Assembly: GCA_013298985.1 (NCBI GenBank)
Contig: JAAFJS010000003.1
Span: 6,334 to 70,333 of the forward strand
Source of the DNA: Cytophagales bacterium
Lineage (GTDB): Bacteria > Bacteroidota > Bacteroidia > Cytophagales > Thermoflexibacteraceae
Reading direction: 5' to 3'
Length of the DNA: 64,000 bases
The position numbers and the translations under genes are program-made. Under the pieces are notes generated by a model. It did no database searches, was not told where the DNA came from, and was given only the letters and a program-made list of their open reading frames with translations. Of this stretch, positions 46,236-56,926 are shown piece by piece. How positions within the stretch are numbered: the stretch's first letter is position 1; every line of letters starts with the position of its first letter.

Positions 46236-47426
46236 CTATTTTTCTGCTAAAAATGAACGAATTAACTTTAATAATTTTTCCTGCTCTCCCTCCCAAAGCA
46301 CAAAATCTCGGCTGCCCGTACTAAAAAAAGGATACGTTTTCAGGTTTTCAACCCAGACATCTATATTGGTTTCCTCTGAGATAATTGCCTCAAAATCAAT
46401 GAATAATGCTGCTTTACAGGGCGCGCACACACTTTCCCAAAGTGAATTTGCTTGCACGACCATGGGCAGTTGGTGGGCTATGTATTCGTACATCTTTGCG
46501 GGGATACAGTTTTCGGTACTTTTGTTGGGTAGGTAAGGCAAAAGCGCAATGTCTGCATTTGCCAAAGAATGGATAATTTCTTGGTGATTGACTGGGTTTT
46601 GACTGACCTCCAAATGAATAAAATCACAATGCTCGGCTTCTTTTTCCAGCAGTTTGCAGTAGTCTGGGTCTGAGCAAAAACCTTTGATAAGCAACTGACT
46701 TTCAGGTAAATAATGTCTAATTTTTTTGATAAAATGAATGGCGCGCACTGTGCCGTATGTGTGCGAAATTGTGCCAGTGTAGAGAAAATTCCTTAGTTGT
46801 GTTTTCTTAGTTTGCGTGAGTAGTTTTGATTCGTCATGTCTATTTTCAGTTTCCAAATCCATTCTTTTATACTTATTTTCTATCACTTGGCTTTTTCCTT
46901 TGCTGAAAGAAAATTCTTTTTCATAATGGCGTTCTGCGAGCAAATAAAAATCAATCCAACAACGGCTCAGATATTCTAAACTCCTCACTGCCCATGCCAA
47001 AGGAATCCTCCAATGTGCCTGATACGTATTTTGGTACAAGATATTGCGAAAATAATTTTCTTTGACATCATAAATAATAGGTATTTTTAATTTCATTTTG
47101 ACCCATAAGGCAGGTAATAATAGCTCAGGAGAATTGATAATGAGCAAGTTAGGTTGTATTTCAAAAATAGTTTTCAAAAAAGTGTGGTAGTATGTCCAGC
47201 GTTTTTTGGATAATCGGTTAAAGGAAGCAATTGGATAAAAAAAAATAGGAGGAGATGCTTGCTGATGGTTTGCAGTTGATTTGTGATTAATGGTTTGCGG
47301 TGCGCCCAAAATATGAATTTCATACGCTGGGGGAAAGCCGTTGATGATAGATTGTGCAAATTTTTCGTACATTCGCACGTCATCTACGGGATTGAGAACA
47401 GAAGCGATAGCAATTTTTTTTTTCAT
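46236..47426 (-). CDS. glycosyltransferase (GT-B, family 4-like)
   Basis: DVRMYEK, YDVKENY, FLYTGTI, ADIALLPY, KMYEYIAHQLP; start at MKKKIAIAS. Confidence 0.8.
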   Translation of the reverse strand: MKKKIAIASVLNPVDDVRMYEKFAQSIINGFPPAYEIHILGAPQTINHKSTANHQQASPPIFFYPIASFNRLSKKRWTYYHTFLKTIFEIQPNLLIINSPELLLPALWVKMKLKIPIIYDVKENYFRNILYQNTYQAHWRIPLAWAVRSLEYLSRCWIDFYLLAERHYEKEFSFSKGKSQVIENKYKRMDLETENRHDESKLLTQTKKTQLRNFLYTGTISHTYGTVRAIHFIKKIRHYLPESQLLIKGFCSDPDYCKLLEKEAEHCDFIHLEVSQNPVNHQEIIHSLANADIALLPYLPNKSTENCIPAKMYEYIAHQLPMVVQANSLWESVCAPCKAALFIDFEAIISEETNIDVWVENLKTYPFFSTGSRDFVLWEGEQEKLLKLIRSFLAEK

Positions 47427-47463
47427 CAAATACCTAATTGACAAATTAAACACCAAAAAAATG

Positions 47464-47471
47464 TAGCTTTG
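47464..47471 (+). promoter_or_regulatory. candidate -7 promoter box overlapping the ORF-track TTG start
   Basis: TAGCTTTG matches TAnnTTTG. Confidence 0.5.
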
Positions 47472-47506
47472 TTTGATTGTTTCAAAGTTTACCAAAAATT
47501 TTCCTT

Positions 47507-49658
47507 ATGCGTTTTCTTTTTTTGCTTTATATTTTGCTTTTTTTCTATACCTTGTTTTGCCCAGCAAAGTAAAACAATGATAGACAGTCTATTACAAAAA
47601 CTATCAACCGTTCAAGAAGACACCAATAAAGTAAACATACTCAATGCGCTGGGGTATCAATACGCCAATACTGACCCCGTTCAGTCGCGCACCTACACCA
47701 GCCAAGCCCTCAAACTCTCCCAATCTCTCAAATACGCGCATGGCATTGCGTCGTCCATAGATTTGATAGGTACAAATTACGAACATTTTGGCGACTATGC
47801 CAAGGCATTGGAGTACAAATTGCAGGCGTTGCGTATCTACGAACAGAAAAATGACATAGGAGGTACTGCCAAATCGTTTAATAATATTGGGGTGTTTTTT
47901 TTCCGTCAAAAAAATTATGACAAGGCATTAGAATATTACGAAAAAGCATTGGAAATTGTCAGAAGGCAAAATAAACAAGTAGCTATTGCGGTTTATTTGC
48001 TCAATATTGGGGAAATTTATCAGGAAAAAGGAGAGTACGCAAAGGCAATAGATTATGAAGAACAATCAATGGCTATCAGCAAGAAAATCAAGCACATGGA
48101 CGATTGTATTGCGTTTTCCTTGGGCATTATTGGGCAGTGCTATGACGCGCAGGGACAGCCTCAGAAAGCGATTAGCAATATGCGGCAAACCATTCAGATT
48201 TTTGAGAAAATAGGCGATAAGGCAAGTCTGGCGGAATACTTGGTCGATATTGGAAATGTATATGCCAAAGTACAGCAAGATGAACAGGCAGTACGGCAAT
48301 TTGAAAAAGCAATCCAAGTTGCCAAAGAAATCGAAGATAAAAATTGGGAACGTTACGCGCATTTGGGCTTGGCAGAGATGTATGCCAAGCAAAAAAACTT
48401 TGATAAAGCATATTTCCACCACGTACAATATACCTCGCTAAACAGTCTTATTTTTAATGAAGATAATGCCACCCGCATCACGCAGATGCAAAGCCTCTAT
48501 GAATCTGATAAAAAAGAGGCTGAAATAGAAATGCTGACCATGAAAAACAAGGTGAGTGAGGAGGAAAGCAGAGTGGCAAAGCTATTTAGTTATTTCTTTT
48601 TGTCTATTTTTCTTTTTGCGGGCGTATTGCTTTTTGTGCTTTACAAAAATAACCGCAACAAACAAAAAGCAAATCAATTACTGACGATTAAAAATAACGA
48701 AATTGAGTTAAAAAATACAGAATTAGAGCAGCAAAAAGAAGAGATTTTGACGCAACGCGACTTGCTTGAAGGGCAAAACGTAATCCTGCATACCCAGCAG
48801 AAAGAACTCCAAGAACGCAATGATGAAATAGAAAAACAGCGAAATGACATCACCGCAAGCATTAATTACGCCAAACGAATCCAAACGGCTATCCTGCCCG
48901 ACATTGCGCTCGTCAAAGAAATATTGCCTCAATCTTTTATTTTTTATAAGCCCAGAGATATTGTCAGTGGTGATTTTTATTATTTTACCACTATCCAAGA
49001 GGCAAGCGTAAGGCAGCACGACGGGAAGCGTACGCCCTCTACCAAGCTGATTTTGGCGGCGGTGGACTGCACTGGGCATGGTGTACCTGGTGCTTTTATG
49101 AGCATGATAGGAGATGCAATGCTCAACCAAATTATTAATATTCAGCGTGTTACATCACCCGACATTATTTTGAATGAATTACACAGGGGCGTGCGCCTGA
49201 TGCTCAAACAAGAAGAAGGTGAAAACCGCGACGGCATGGACATTGGTATTTGTACGATTGACTTAGACGAACGAACGCTGGAGTTTGCAGGCGCACGTAA
49301 TTCGCTGTATGTCATCACAGCCCCGTCCTCTTCGCTTGAAAAATCCATACTTCAAGAAATAAAGGCTGAAAAATTTTCTATTGGCGGCTATCAGCACGAA
49401 AACGAACGCATTTTTAAGAAAACAATCATCAAACTGGACAAACCTACTACTTTTTATCTCACCTCAGATGGCTACAAAGACCAATTTGGAAGCACCGAGG
49501 GCAAAAAATTCTCCCCGCGCAGGTTCAGGGAAATGTTGGAAAATATACACACACTTGGCATGGAAGCCCAGCATGAGGTCTTGGCGCAGACTTTTGACGA
49601 GTGGAAAGGCAATGAAGCTCAGATAGATGATGTGCTGGTGATTGGCATAAAGCTCTGA
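47507..49658 (+). CDS. TPR-sensor / SpoIIE (PP2C-type) phosphatase; 5' end probably frameshifted
   Basis: TPR repeats, TM helix, YAKRIQ.AILP, PRDIVSGDFY, DCTGHGVPGA, DGMD, SDGY.DQFG, DDV. The ATG at 47507 is one base out of frame with the main ORF. Confidence 0.85.
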
Positions 49659-49664
49659 AATAAA

Positions 49665-49698
49665 AACCCACTCAGGTTTTTAAAAACCTGAGTGGGTT
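49665..49698. repeat. perfect 34-bp palindrome between convergent genes (REP-like / bidirectional terminator)
   Basis: AACCCACTCAGGTTTTT|AAAAACCTGAGTGGGTT. Confidence 0.75.
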
Positions 49699-49733
49699 GT
49701 AAGAGATGTCAAATCAAAGTATCTAATATCACA

Positions 49734-52700
49734 CTATCTCATAATATTCATTCCCCCTGTAAACGTCTTGCGCTGTCCGCCAATCGTTACGCTAACTTGG
49801 TAATAATAAGCACCATCAGGCAGTTTTTCGCCGTCTTTGCTTCTGCCGTCCCAAGTGTTGTTGTAGCCTATGGTGCTGAAAACTTCGAGTCCCCATCGGT
49901 CATAGACCTTCACCTCTGCGGCAGGATATTTCTCAATATTGACGATTTCCCAAGTGTCATTGATGCCATTATTGTCAGGAGTGAGCAGGTTGGTAACGAC
50001 CAAATCGCCGTTGTCAGTTACAGTAATGGTAATTTCGTCAGTGCTTTCGCAGCCTGTTTGGTCTTTGCCTGTTACGGTGTAAGTCGTTGTCTGTAAAGGA
50101 TTTGCCACTGGGTCGGCAATGCTTGGGTCGCTCAGTCCTGTGGTTGGAGTCCATTTATAAGTAACTGTTCCTGTGGCTAATAGCCTGATTGCCTTTCCTT
50201 TTGGGGTAGTTATATCTGCGCCTGCATTTACGGTAGAGCCTGCGGGATTGTTTGCCCTTACATTTACGGTTTGGCTACTTTCGCAACCCGACTCGTTTCT
50301 TACAAAAACGATATAACTCCCCACAGCCAAGTTATTAAAACTGGTAACTGCCTGAAAACCACCTGTATTACCTAATCTGAATTGCAAATTTCCTGTTCCT
50401 GCAAGGCGAATCATACCGCTTTTGTCATTTGCACAAACATTGTCAGTTACAGTAGCAGTGAATACTGGGCGGGGATTTATACGTACAAATACACTGTCCC
50501 TGACAGCACAAGCATTTGTGCCTGTGAGGGTTAGCACATAAAATCCGCTTGCAGTAGGCGTTAAGTTAGCAAGCTGAGGATTTCTAATTCCCGAAGTAAA
50601 GTTATTTGCACCTCGCCACGCGTAGCTTGCGCCAGCCACCTCATTGGCAGATAGTTGTACGTTTTCACCTTCGCATACATCTATGGTTCTTGCCGTTCCA
50701 AAAGTCAAAGTAGGTCTGGGTTTGGAAATAACAGAAATAATTTCAGAAGTATTAGAACCACAGCCTTGTCTGCTGATTTCTAAGCGATAAAAACCTGCAT
50801 TAGTAGTTATGTAAGTATCTGAGTTTGAGTTTCCTGCTGCTGTTTCAAAAATACCTGTGGCAGTAGTAGCAAATGTCCAGCGATATATATAGCCTGTTCC
50901 TTTGGTGGTGGTTTGTAAAATGGCGTTATCACCTTGGCAAAACTCTATATTTGTTCCCTGTAAAATATTGGGCTTAGAAACCGTAGTAACTCCCACTACC
51001 TGAATAGGTTGTGAGCTTGCTCTACAACCATTTACGCTAATTTCTACTATATAAGTTCCTGCTTGATTTGCCAAATAAGTTGCTTGATTGCTTACGCCTG
51101 CGGCATTGGCAAAAGTTCCTCCTGCGGTAGCAGAAAACCGCCATTGATAGGTATAAAGTGGATTGGTTTGCGCTTCTAAGAGTACGTCCCCTCCATTTAT
51201 ACAAAACTCTGCTCGCGTGCCTTGCAAGATAGTAGCCACAGGCAAAACCGTAGTTTCTATGACTTCTATCACTGCGGAAGTAGCTGTTCCACAACCTATT
51301 GCAGAAATGGTCAATCTATAAAATCCAGCTTGATTTGCGCTGAGTGCAAAGGCAGTTCCATTAGCAACATTGGTGAAAGTACCTGTTGCCGAGCTTGAGT
51401 TTTGCCACTGATAAGTTACGTTAGTGCCTCTGTATAAACTCCTTAGCGTTACATTTCCACCACGACAGAAGAATACTCGACCGCTTGGCAAAATATTAGG
51501 TGCAGGCAAGGTGCTTACACTTCTGACTTCGGTAGCTTCGGAAGTTTTTACGCAAGCACCCAAAGTGGCACTTACTTTATAGAATCCAGCCCTGGTTGCG
51601 GCATAAAGTGTATCTGCATTTCTGCTACTTGCAGGTTTAAATTCGCCTGTATTAGTTTCAGAAAACAACCATGAATAAATTACGTTGGGTTCAGGAATTA
51701 CCTCTAAGAAAACATCACTTCCTGCACTCGCACACAAGGAAGCAAGCGGTGCTTGGCGAATTTTTGGGTCAGGAGTGAAAAGCGTTTCTTTGACCTCTAT
51801 TGCCTCAGAAGTAGCTGTTCCACAACCTGTTAGTGTAGTTCTTAATCTATAAAAACCTGAAATACTTGCAGTATAATTGGGCGAAGCACTACCACCCGAA
51901 GCATTGGCAAAAGTGCCTGTGGCTGTGGCGGAATATAGCCATTGATATTGGTAATTTGTGCCTTTGGATTTGGCATTTAAGGTTGTGTTTTCGCCTTTAC
52001 AAAACTGAATCACACCACTTTGCACAATGGTCGCGGGTGGCATCGTAGGCGTTCCGCTTACCTGAACAGGGGCAGAAGTTTCCACACAAGCATTTAAACT
52101 TATTTCTACGGTATAAAATCCTGCAACATTGGTCGTATATGAAAATTGATTGCTTGTGCCACTTGCATTGGCGTAAGTGCCTGTCTGTGTGGCAGAAAAC
52201 TTCCATTGGTATCTGTAACCTGCGCCTTGTACTGCTTCTAAAATCACATCTCCGCCACTGGTACAAAATTGGGCGGTAGGTGCTTGGATTATTTCTGCTT
52301 TGGGTTTTTCAGTCGTAACTCTTACTTCGGTAGGGTCAGATTCTGCCGTTCCGCAGTCCGAAGTGGTGCGTAATCTGTAAAATCCTGCCTGAGAGGTCGT
52401 GTAATTATCTGCATTGCTTGCACCGCTTGCATTGGCATAAGTGCCTGTTGCAGTGGCAGAAAACAACCATTGATAGGTATATTTTGTACTTTTGGTCAAG
52501 GCAGTTAGGTTTACGTTTCCCCCTGCACAAAAAGTAATCAGCCCGCCTTGCCCTATTTGGGGCTTAGGCATGGTCGTCGTAGAAGTTACATTAATATTAG
52601 AAGAAGTAGCCGAACAGCCATCAAAGCTAACAACTATTCTGTAAAAACCTGCTACACTGGCTATATAGCTTGCTTTTTTGTTATCCCCCAAAGCATCTGC

Positions 52701-55700
52701 ATAAGTGCCTGTGGCGGTGGTAGCAAATTGCCAATTATAGGTATAGCCTGTTCCTGTTTCTGCCTCTAAAATAATGTCGCCATTGGCGCAGAATTGGGCA
52801 GTTGCTCCTTGTAAAATTCTTGCAGTAGGGAGTACCGTAGAAACTTTGACTTGTATAGGGTCTGACGTTCCTGTTCCACAGGTGGGGCTACTGGTTACTA
52901 AGCGATAAAAACCTGCTGTATTTACTGTATAGCTGTCTTGACTATTTGTACCACTTGCGGGTGCGTAAGTGCCTGTAGCTGTGGAAGAAACCTCCCAGCG
53001 ATAGGTATATTTTGTGCTTTTGGTCAAGGCATTCAAAATGAGAGAACTTCCCTGACAAAATGCAGCGTTTGCGCCCTGCAAAATGATAGGCTTGGGCATG
53101 GTGGTCGTGGTCGTTACGGCAATGGGTGCAGAGGTTTCCACGCAACCATTTAAGTTGATTTCTATCACATAAAAACCTGCGTCAGTGGCTGTGTAAGTGG
53201 CTGTATTGCTCACTCCTGCGGCATTAGCGTAAGTACCTGTGGCTGTAGCGGAAACTTTCCATTGGTATTTATAATCAGTGCCTTGTAATGCGTCGAGAAT
53301 CACATCACCACCTACACAAAAAACGGCTGATGAACCTTGCAAAATTTGAGCAATAGGCTTTTGCGTGCTTTGCGTAACTTGAATTGGGTCAGAAGTAGCA
53401 CTTCCACAATTCGGAATTGTTACAGTAACTCTATAAAAACCAGCTATGTTTGAAGCGTAAGTAAAACTGTTGCTTGCCCCACTCGCATTGGTGAAAGTTC
53501 CCATTGCAGTAGGAGAAGTTTGCCATTGATAAGTATAACCTGTTCCTTTCAAAGGTGTTGATATATTGGCACTTCCGCCTTGGCAGAAATTGGTCGTTGC
53601 GCCTTGGTCTATAGTAGGCTTGGGAGTCATGGCGGTCTGTTGTACTTGCACTGCGGCGGAGGTTTCGGTACAGCCGCCCAAGGTAACTTGTACCCTGTAA
53701 AAACCTACTTGATTGGCGTTATAGCTTGCTAAGGTGTTCATACCTGCTGCATTTGAGAATGTTCCCATGGCAGTAGTTCCGTATTGCCACTGGTACTGAA
53801 ATCCTGCGCCTGTTTGTGCGTCTAAGGTTACATCGCCACCTGCACAAAAGAAAGCGGGCGATGTTTGCAAAATTTTTGCGACTGGTTTATTAAAAGTTTC
53901 TTTGACCTCTATGGGGTCGGAAACATTCGTTCCACAACCTGGGCGACTAACCTGTACTCTTAAAAAACCTACACTACTGGTGGTGTAACTTTGTTGGTTG
54001 TTCGTACCGCTTGCAGGGACAAATAGCCCTGTTGCTGTTGCCGAAGACTGCCACTGATAAGTTACGCCTGTCATACCGAGCAGTGAAAAAGTGGTTACAC
54101 TACCTCCTGTGCAGAAAAATGCTGTTCCGCCTTGCTGAATAATGGGTTTGGGCATGGTGGTAACTTGGGTAACATTAATAGGGGCAGAAGTAACTTCACA
54201 GCCTCCATTAGAAACTTTTAAGGTATAAAAACCAGCAATATTTGCAGTATAGTTTACTTGGTTATTTGTTCCGCTTGCGGGTGCGTACACGCCTGCAACC
54301 GTAGAGGAGTATAGCCAAGCATAAGTAGCCCCTACCTGTGGTAAAGCATTGAGAATCACATCTCCACTTATACAAAACTGTGCGGCACTTCCTTGTAAAA
54401 TCAATGCTGTTGGCTGAACGGGTGATTCTATTACTGCAATGGGGTCAGAGGTATTGGCACAAGCCCCATCAGTGATGGTTACTTTATAAAACCCTGCAAT
54501 TCCTGCGCTATACGTGGAAGTATTAGTTGCTCCGCTTGCGGGTGCGTAAGTGCCTGCCAATGTAGCAGAGAAAGTCCATGCGTAGGTCAAGCCCATGCCT
54601 GTCTGATTGGCAATGAGTAGCGCACTGCCCCCACGACAGAAGGAAGTGCTTGCGCCCTGCGCGATGGTCGCCGTTTTTTCTGTAACATTCACAGGGTCAG
54701 AGCTATGCGTACAGCCATCTTTGGTAACATTTAATCTGTAAAAACCTGCTACATTGGTGTTGTAAGCAACAGCACTACCTGAGCCTATGGCATTGACAAA
54801 AGTGCCTGTAGAAGTGGCTGAAAACTGCCATTGATAAGTTGCATTAACAACTGTCAATCCATTTAAAGTAACATTTGCGCCTTTACAAAAACTTGCGGTA
54901 AGTCCTTCTTGAATTACGGCTTTGGTTTCTGTTACTTGAATGGGCAAAGAAGTTGCTGCCAGAGGACAGCCTATTTTTTTGACTTCGACCACATAAAAAC
55001 CTGCGGTATTAGCAGGGTAGTTTGCTGAGTTTGCCGCCATGCCTGATAGATTGGTAAACATTCCTCCTGCGGTTGCTGAATATTTCCATTGATAGGTATT
55101 CCCTGTGGCGGCTTGTGCATTTAAAGTTACTGAACTCCCAAAACAATAAGAGGTTGGACTCATATTGGTAATGGTGGCAGTAGGTGCGGCTTCTTGCGTT
55201 ACTTGGACAGGTGCAGAACGGCGCGTACAGCCTGCTCTGCTGATATCAACCACATAGAACCCTGCGGTGCTTGCGGTGTAGGTCATGCCTGTACTTGCAC
55301 CAGCCGCAGGGGTGAAAGGTCCCGCAGAGGTAAGCCCTACAAACCACTGAAATTGTGTTCCTATGTCAGTTTGGGCAGTAAGTGTGGCATTTCCACCTGC
55401 ACAAAAACTTATAGGTGAGCTTTCTGCAATACTTGAAGTGGGGCTTGGGCTTTGGTTAAGCTGGATAAGCGCAGAAGTATTCGTACAACCGTTTTTGGTA
55501 ACTTGTAATTTATAAAAACCTGGTGTAGTAACAGTGGTAGAAGCCATAGTTGCACCTGCCACATTATTATAAGTAGTATTATTTGCTGAGAAAGTCCATT
55601 GATAGGCATTTCCTACACTTAGCTCGTCTGTTTTGGCTTGCATCAGAAAAGGTTGCCCTAAGCAAATAGTACCAGTGCCTCCTTGCAAAATCACCGCGTC

Positions 55701-56315
55701 GGGAGTAAAATTTGGAACAATCTCAATCACAGGGGAAAAAGCGGTACACATATTTGCGCCTGTTACTGCTATTCGGAAAAAGCCTGTGGTAGGTGAGCTT
55801 ACGGTATAGTTTGCAGAGGTACTCCCTGCGCCAGTTTCGTTTTGAAAAGAACCGCCACCCAGCGGCGAAAAGCGTTGCCACTGATAGGTTGCGCCTGCCA
55901 CAGGCGTAGCATTCAAAGTGATAGAATTGGTAAGGCAGTAACCAATGATTGCGCCTTGCGTGATTTGGGCTACAGGTAGCGGCTGAACCGTTACTGTTCC
56001 TCTCACTCTGGCACTTTCTGTCATGCCATCTGCGGAAAGTGAACTCACAAAAAAACTGGTGGTAGTGGATAGGGAAGGAGTAGTAAATCCTGCCATAGTT
56101 GCACCTACAATAGGTGTACCGCCTGTTTCGGTGGTGTACCAGCGATAAGAACCTCCCGAAGGTGCGCCACTTGCAGTCAAGGTTGCAGTTCCTGCTCCGC
56201 AACGACTAACATCACTGACCATTACTTGGGCAACTGCCTGAAAAGCAATGAAAAACGAAAATAAGAGTAGCGTAACAATCCGCATAGTAGTATTGGAGAA
56301 GTTATTTTTTTTCAT
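49734..56315 (-). CDS. large Ig-like repeat surface protein with T9SS type-B (gliding-motility-associated) C-terminal domain
   Basis: Signal peptide, about 21 repeats of about 85-90 aa (FC.GG.V.L...YQW..S...G.Y...V...GC), an SprB-like unit, and CTD LTPDNNGINDTW...YDRWG...WDG...DGAYYY. Confidence 0.9.
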   Translation of the reverse strand: MKKNNFSNTTMRIVTLLLFSFFIAFQAVAQVMVSDVSRCGAGTATLTASGAPSGGSYRWYTTETGGTPIVGATMAGFTTPSLSTTTSFFVSSLSADGMTESARVRGTVTVQPLPVAQITQGAIIGYCLTNSITLNATPVAGATYQWQRFSPLGGGSFQNETGAGSTSANYTVSSPTTGFFRIAVTGANMCTAFSPVIEIVPNFTPDAVILQGGTGTICLGQPFLMQAKTDELSVGNAYQWTFSANNTTYNNVAGATMASTTVTTPGFYKLQVTKNGCTNTSALIQLNQSPSPTSSIAESSPISFCAGGNATLTAQTDIGTQFQWFVGLTSAGPFTPAAGASTGMTYTASTAGFYVVDISRAGCTRRSAPVQVTQEAAPTATITNMSPTSYCFGSSVTLNAQAATGNTYQWKYSATAGGMFTNLSGMAANSANYPANTAGFYVVEVKKIGCPLAATSLPIQVTETKAVIQEGLTASFCKGANVTLNGLTVVNATYQWQFSATSTGTFVNAIGSGSAVAYNTNVAGFYRLNVTKDGCTHSSDPVNVTEKTATIAQGASTSFCRGGSALLIANQTGMGLTYAWTFSATLAGTYAPASGATNTSTYSAGIAGFYKVTITDGACANTSDPIAVIESPVQPTALILQGSAAQFCISGDVILNALPQVGATYAWLYSSTVAGVYAPASGTNNQVNYTANIAGFYTLKVSNGGCEVTSAPINVTQVTTMPKPIIQQGGTAFFCTGGSVTTFSLLGMTGVTYQWQSSATATGLFVPASGTNNQQSYTTSSVGFLRVQVSRPGCGTNVSDPIEVKETFNKPVAKILQTSPAFFCAGGDVTLDAQTGAGFQYQWQYGTTAMGTFSNAAGMNTLASYNANQVGFYRVQVTLGGCTETSAAVQVQQTAMTPKPTIDQGATTNFCQGGSANISTPLKGTGYTYQWQTSPTAMGTFTNASGASNSFTYASNIAGFYRVTVTIPNCGSATSDPIQVTQSTQKPIAQILQGSSAVFCVGGDVILDALQGTDYKYQWKVSATATGTYANAAGVSNTATYTATDAGFYVIEINLNGCVETSAPIAVTTTTTMPKPIILQGANAAFCQGSSLILNALTKSTKYTYRWEVSSTATGTYAPASGTNSQDSYTVNTAGFYRLVTSSPTCGTGTSDPIQVKVSTVLPTARILQGATAQFCANGDIILEAETGTGYTYNWQFATTATGTYADALGDNKKASYIASVAGFYRIVVSFDGCSATSSNINVTSTTTMPKPQIGQGGLITFCAGGNVNLTALTKSTKYTYQWLFSATATGTYANASGASNADNYTTSQAGFYRLRTTSDCGTAESDPTEVRVTTEKPKAEIIQAPTAQFCTSGGDVILEAVQGAGYRYQWKFSATQTGTYANASGTSNQFSYTTNVAGFYTVEISLNACVETSAPVQVSGTPTMPPATIVQSGVIQFCKGENTTLNAKSKGTNYQYQWLYSATATGTFANASGGSASPNYTASISGFYRLRTTLTGCGTATSEAIEVKETLFTPDPKIRQAPLASLCASAGSDVFLEVIPEPNVIYSWLFSETNTGEFKPASSRNADTLYAATRAGFYKVSATLGACVKTSEATEVRSVSTLPAPNILPSGRVFFCRGGNVTLRSLYRGTNVTYQWQNSSSATGTFTNVANGTAFALSANQAGFYRLTISAIGCGTATSAVIEVIETTVLPVATILQGTRAEFCINGGDVLLEAQTNPLYTYQWRFSATAGGTFANAAGVSNQATYLANQAGTYIVEISVNGCRASSQPIQVVGVTTVSKPNILQGTNIEFCQGDNAILQTTTKGTGYIYRWTFATTATGIFETAAGNSNSDTYITTNAGFYRLEISRQGCGSNTSEIISVISKPRPTLTFGTARTIDVCEGENVQLSANEVAGASYAWRGANNFTSGIRNPQLANLTPTASGFYVLTLTGTNACAVRDSVFVRINPRPVFTATVTDNVCANDKSGMIRLAGTGNLQFRLGNTGGFQAVTSFNNLAVGSYIVFVRNESGCESSQTVNVRANNPAGSTVNAGADITTPKGKAIRLLATGTVTYKWTPTTGLSDPSIADPVANPLQTTTYTVTGKDQTGCESTDEITITVTDNGDLVVTNLLTPDNNGINDTWEIVNIEKYPAAEVKVYDRWGLEVFSTIGYNNTWDGRSKDGEKLPDGAYYYQVSVTIGGQRKTFTGGMNIMR

Positions 56316-56462
56316 ATTTTTATTTAAAACAAAAAATTAGAAGCAGTTTATTCAAAAATACAACCACGTTTAAACTATATCAACGAAAAATGAAGGTCAT
56401 ATATTTGATGTTCTCTTGTTAAACTTGGAGAGAAAATAAAAATGCCAATTATATGTTTTTCT

Positions 56463-56837
56463 TCAAATAGGTTGCCATAATTGAACTTTGTTGCCTTCTG
56501 CGTCAAGAATATGAACAAATTTTCCATAGTCGTACGTTTCAATATTGTCCACTATGACCACTCCTTCCTTTTTTAACTCCTCGACAAGTGCTTCTAAGTC
56601 TTCCACACGATAATTTATCATAAAATCTTTGGTCGAGGGTTCAAAGTATTTTGTCGTTTCGGCAAATGGAGTCCATTGTGTCTGTGCTTTTTCTGTGCTG
56701 TCCGTACTTTCATACCACTCAAAAGTTGCGCCATAAGGATTGGTGTCTAATCCAAGATGTTTTTGATACCATGCTGTCGTTTTCTGAGGGTCTTTGCATT
56801 TAAAAAATACGCCCCCAATGCCTGTTACTTTTTTCAT
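56463..56837 (-). CDS. VOC / glyoxalase-family protein
   Basis: VTGIGGVFFK, WYQKHLG, MINYRVEDL, YGKFVHILDAEGNKVQLW. Confidence 0.9.
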   Translation of the reverse strand: MKKVTGIGGVFFKCKDPQKTTAWYQKHLGLDTNPYGATFEWYESTDSTEKAQTQWTPFAETTKYFEPSTKDFMINYRVEDLEALVEELKKEGVVIVDNIETYDYGKFVHILDAEGNKVQLWQPI

Positions 56838-56926
56838 TTTATTCGTGTTATTTTTTGTTGTAATTATATTTTGAATGTGAAACTATGTTTTTCTACAAAA
56901 CGGTCATTCCTACGGAATTTAGCACA

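Noticed and set aside
47414-47423. A10 tract directly after the glycosyltransferase ATG
   Set aside because: It encodes the usual MKKK start in an AT-rich genome and the frame is intact; weak evidence for phase variation.
56888-56920. Small hairpin ATTCC-TAC-GGAAT with flanking TTCTACAAAACG, possibly a GTAG-type REP remnant
   Set aside because: Only a 5-bp stem and a single copy in the window.
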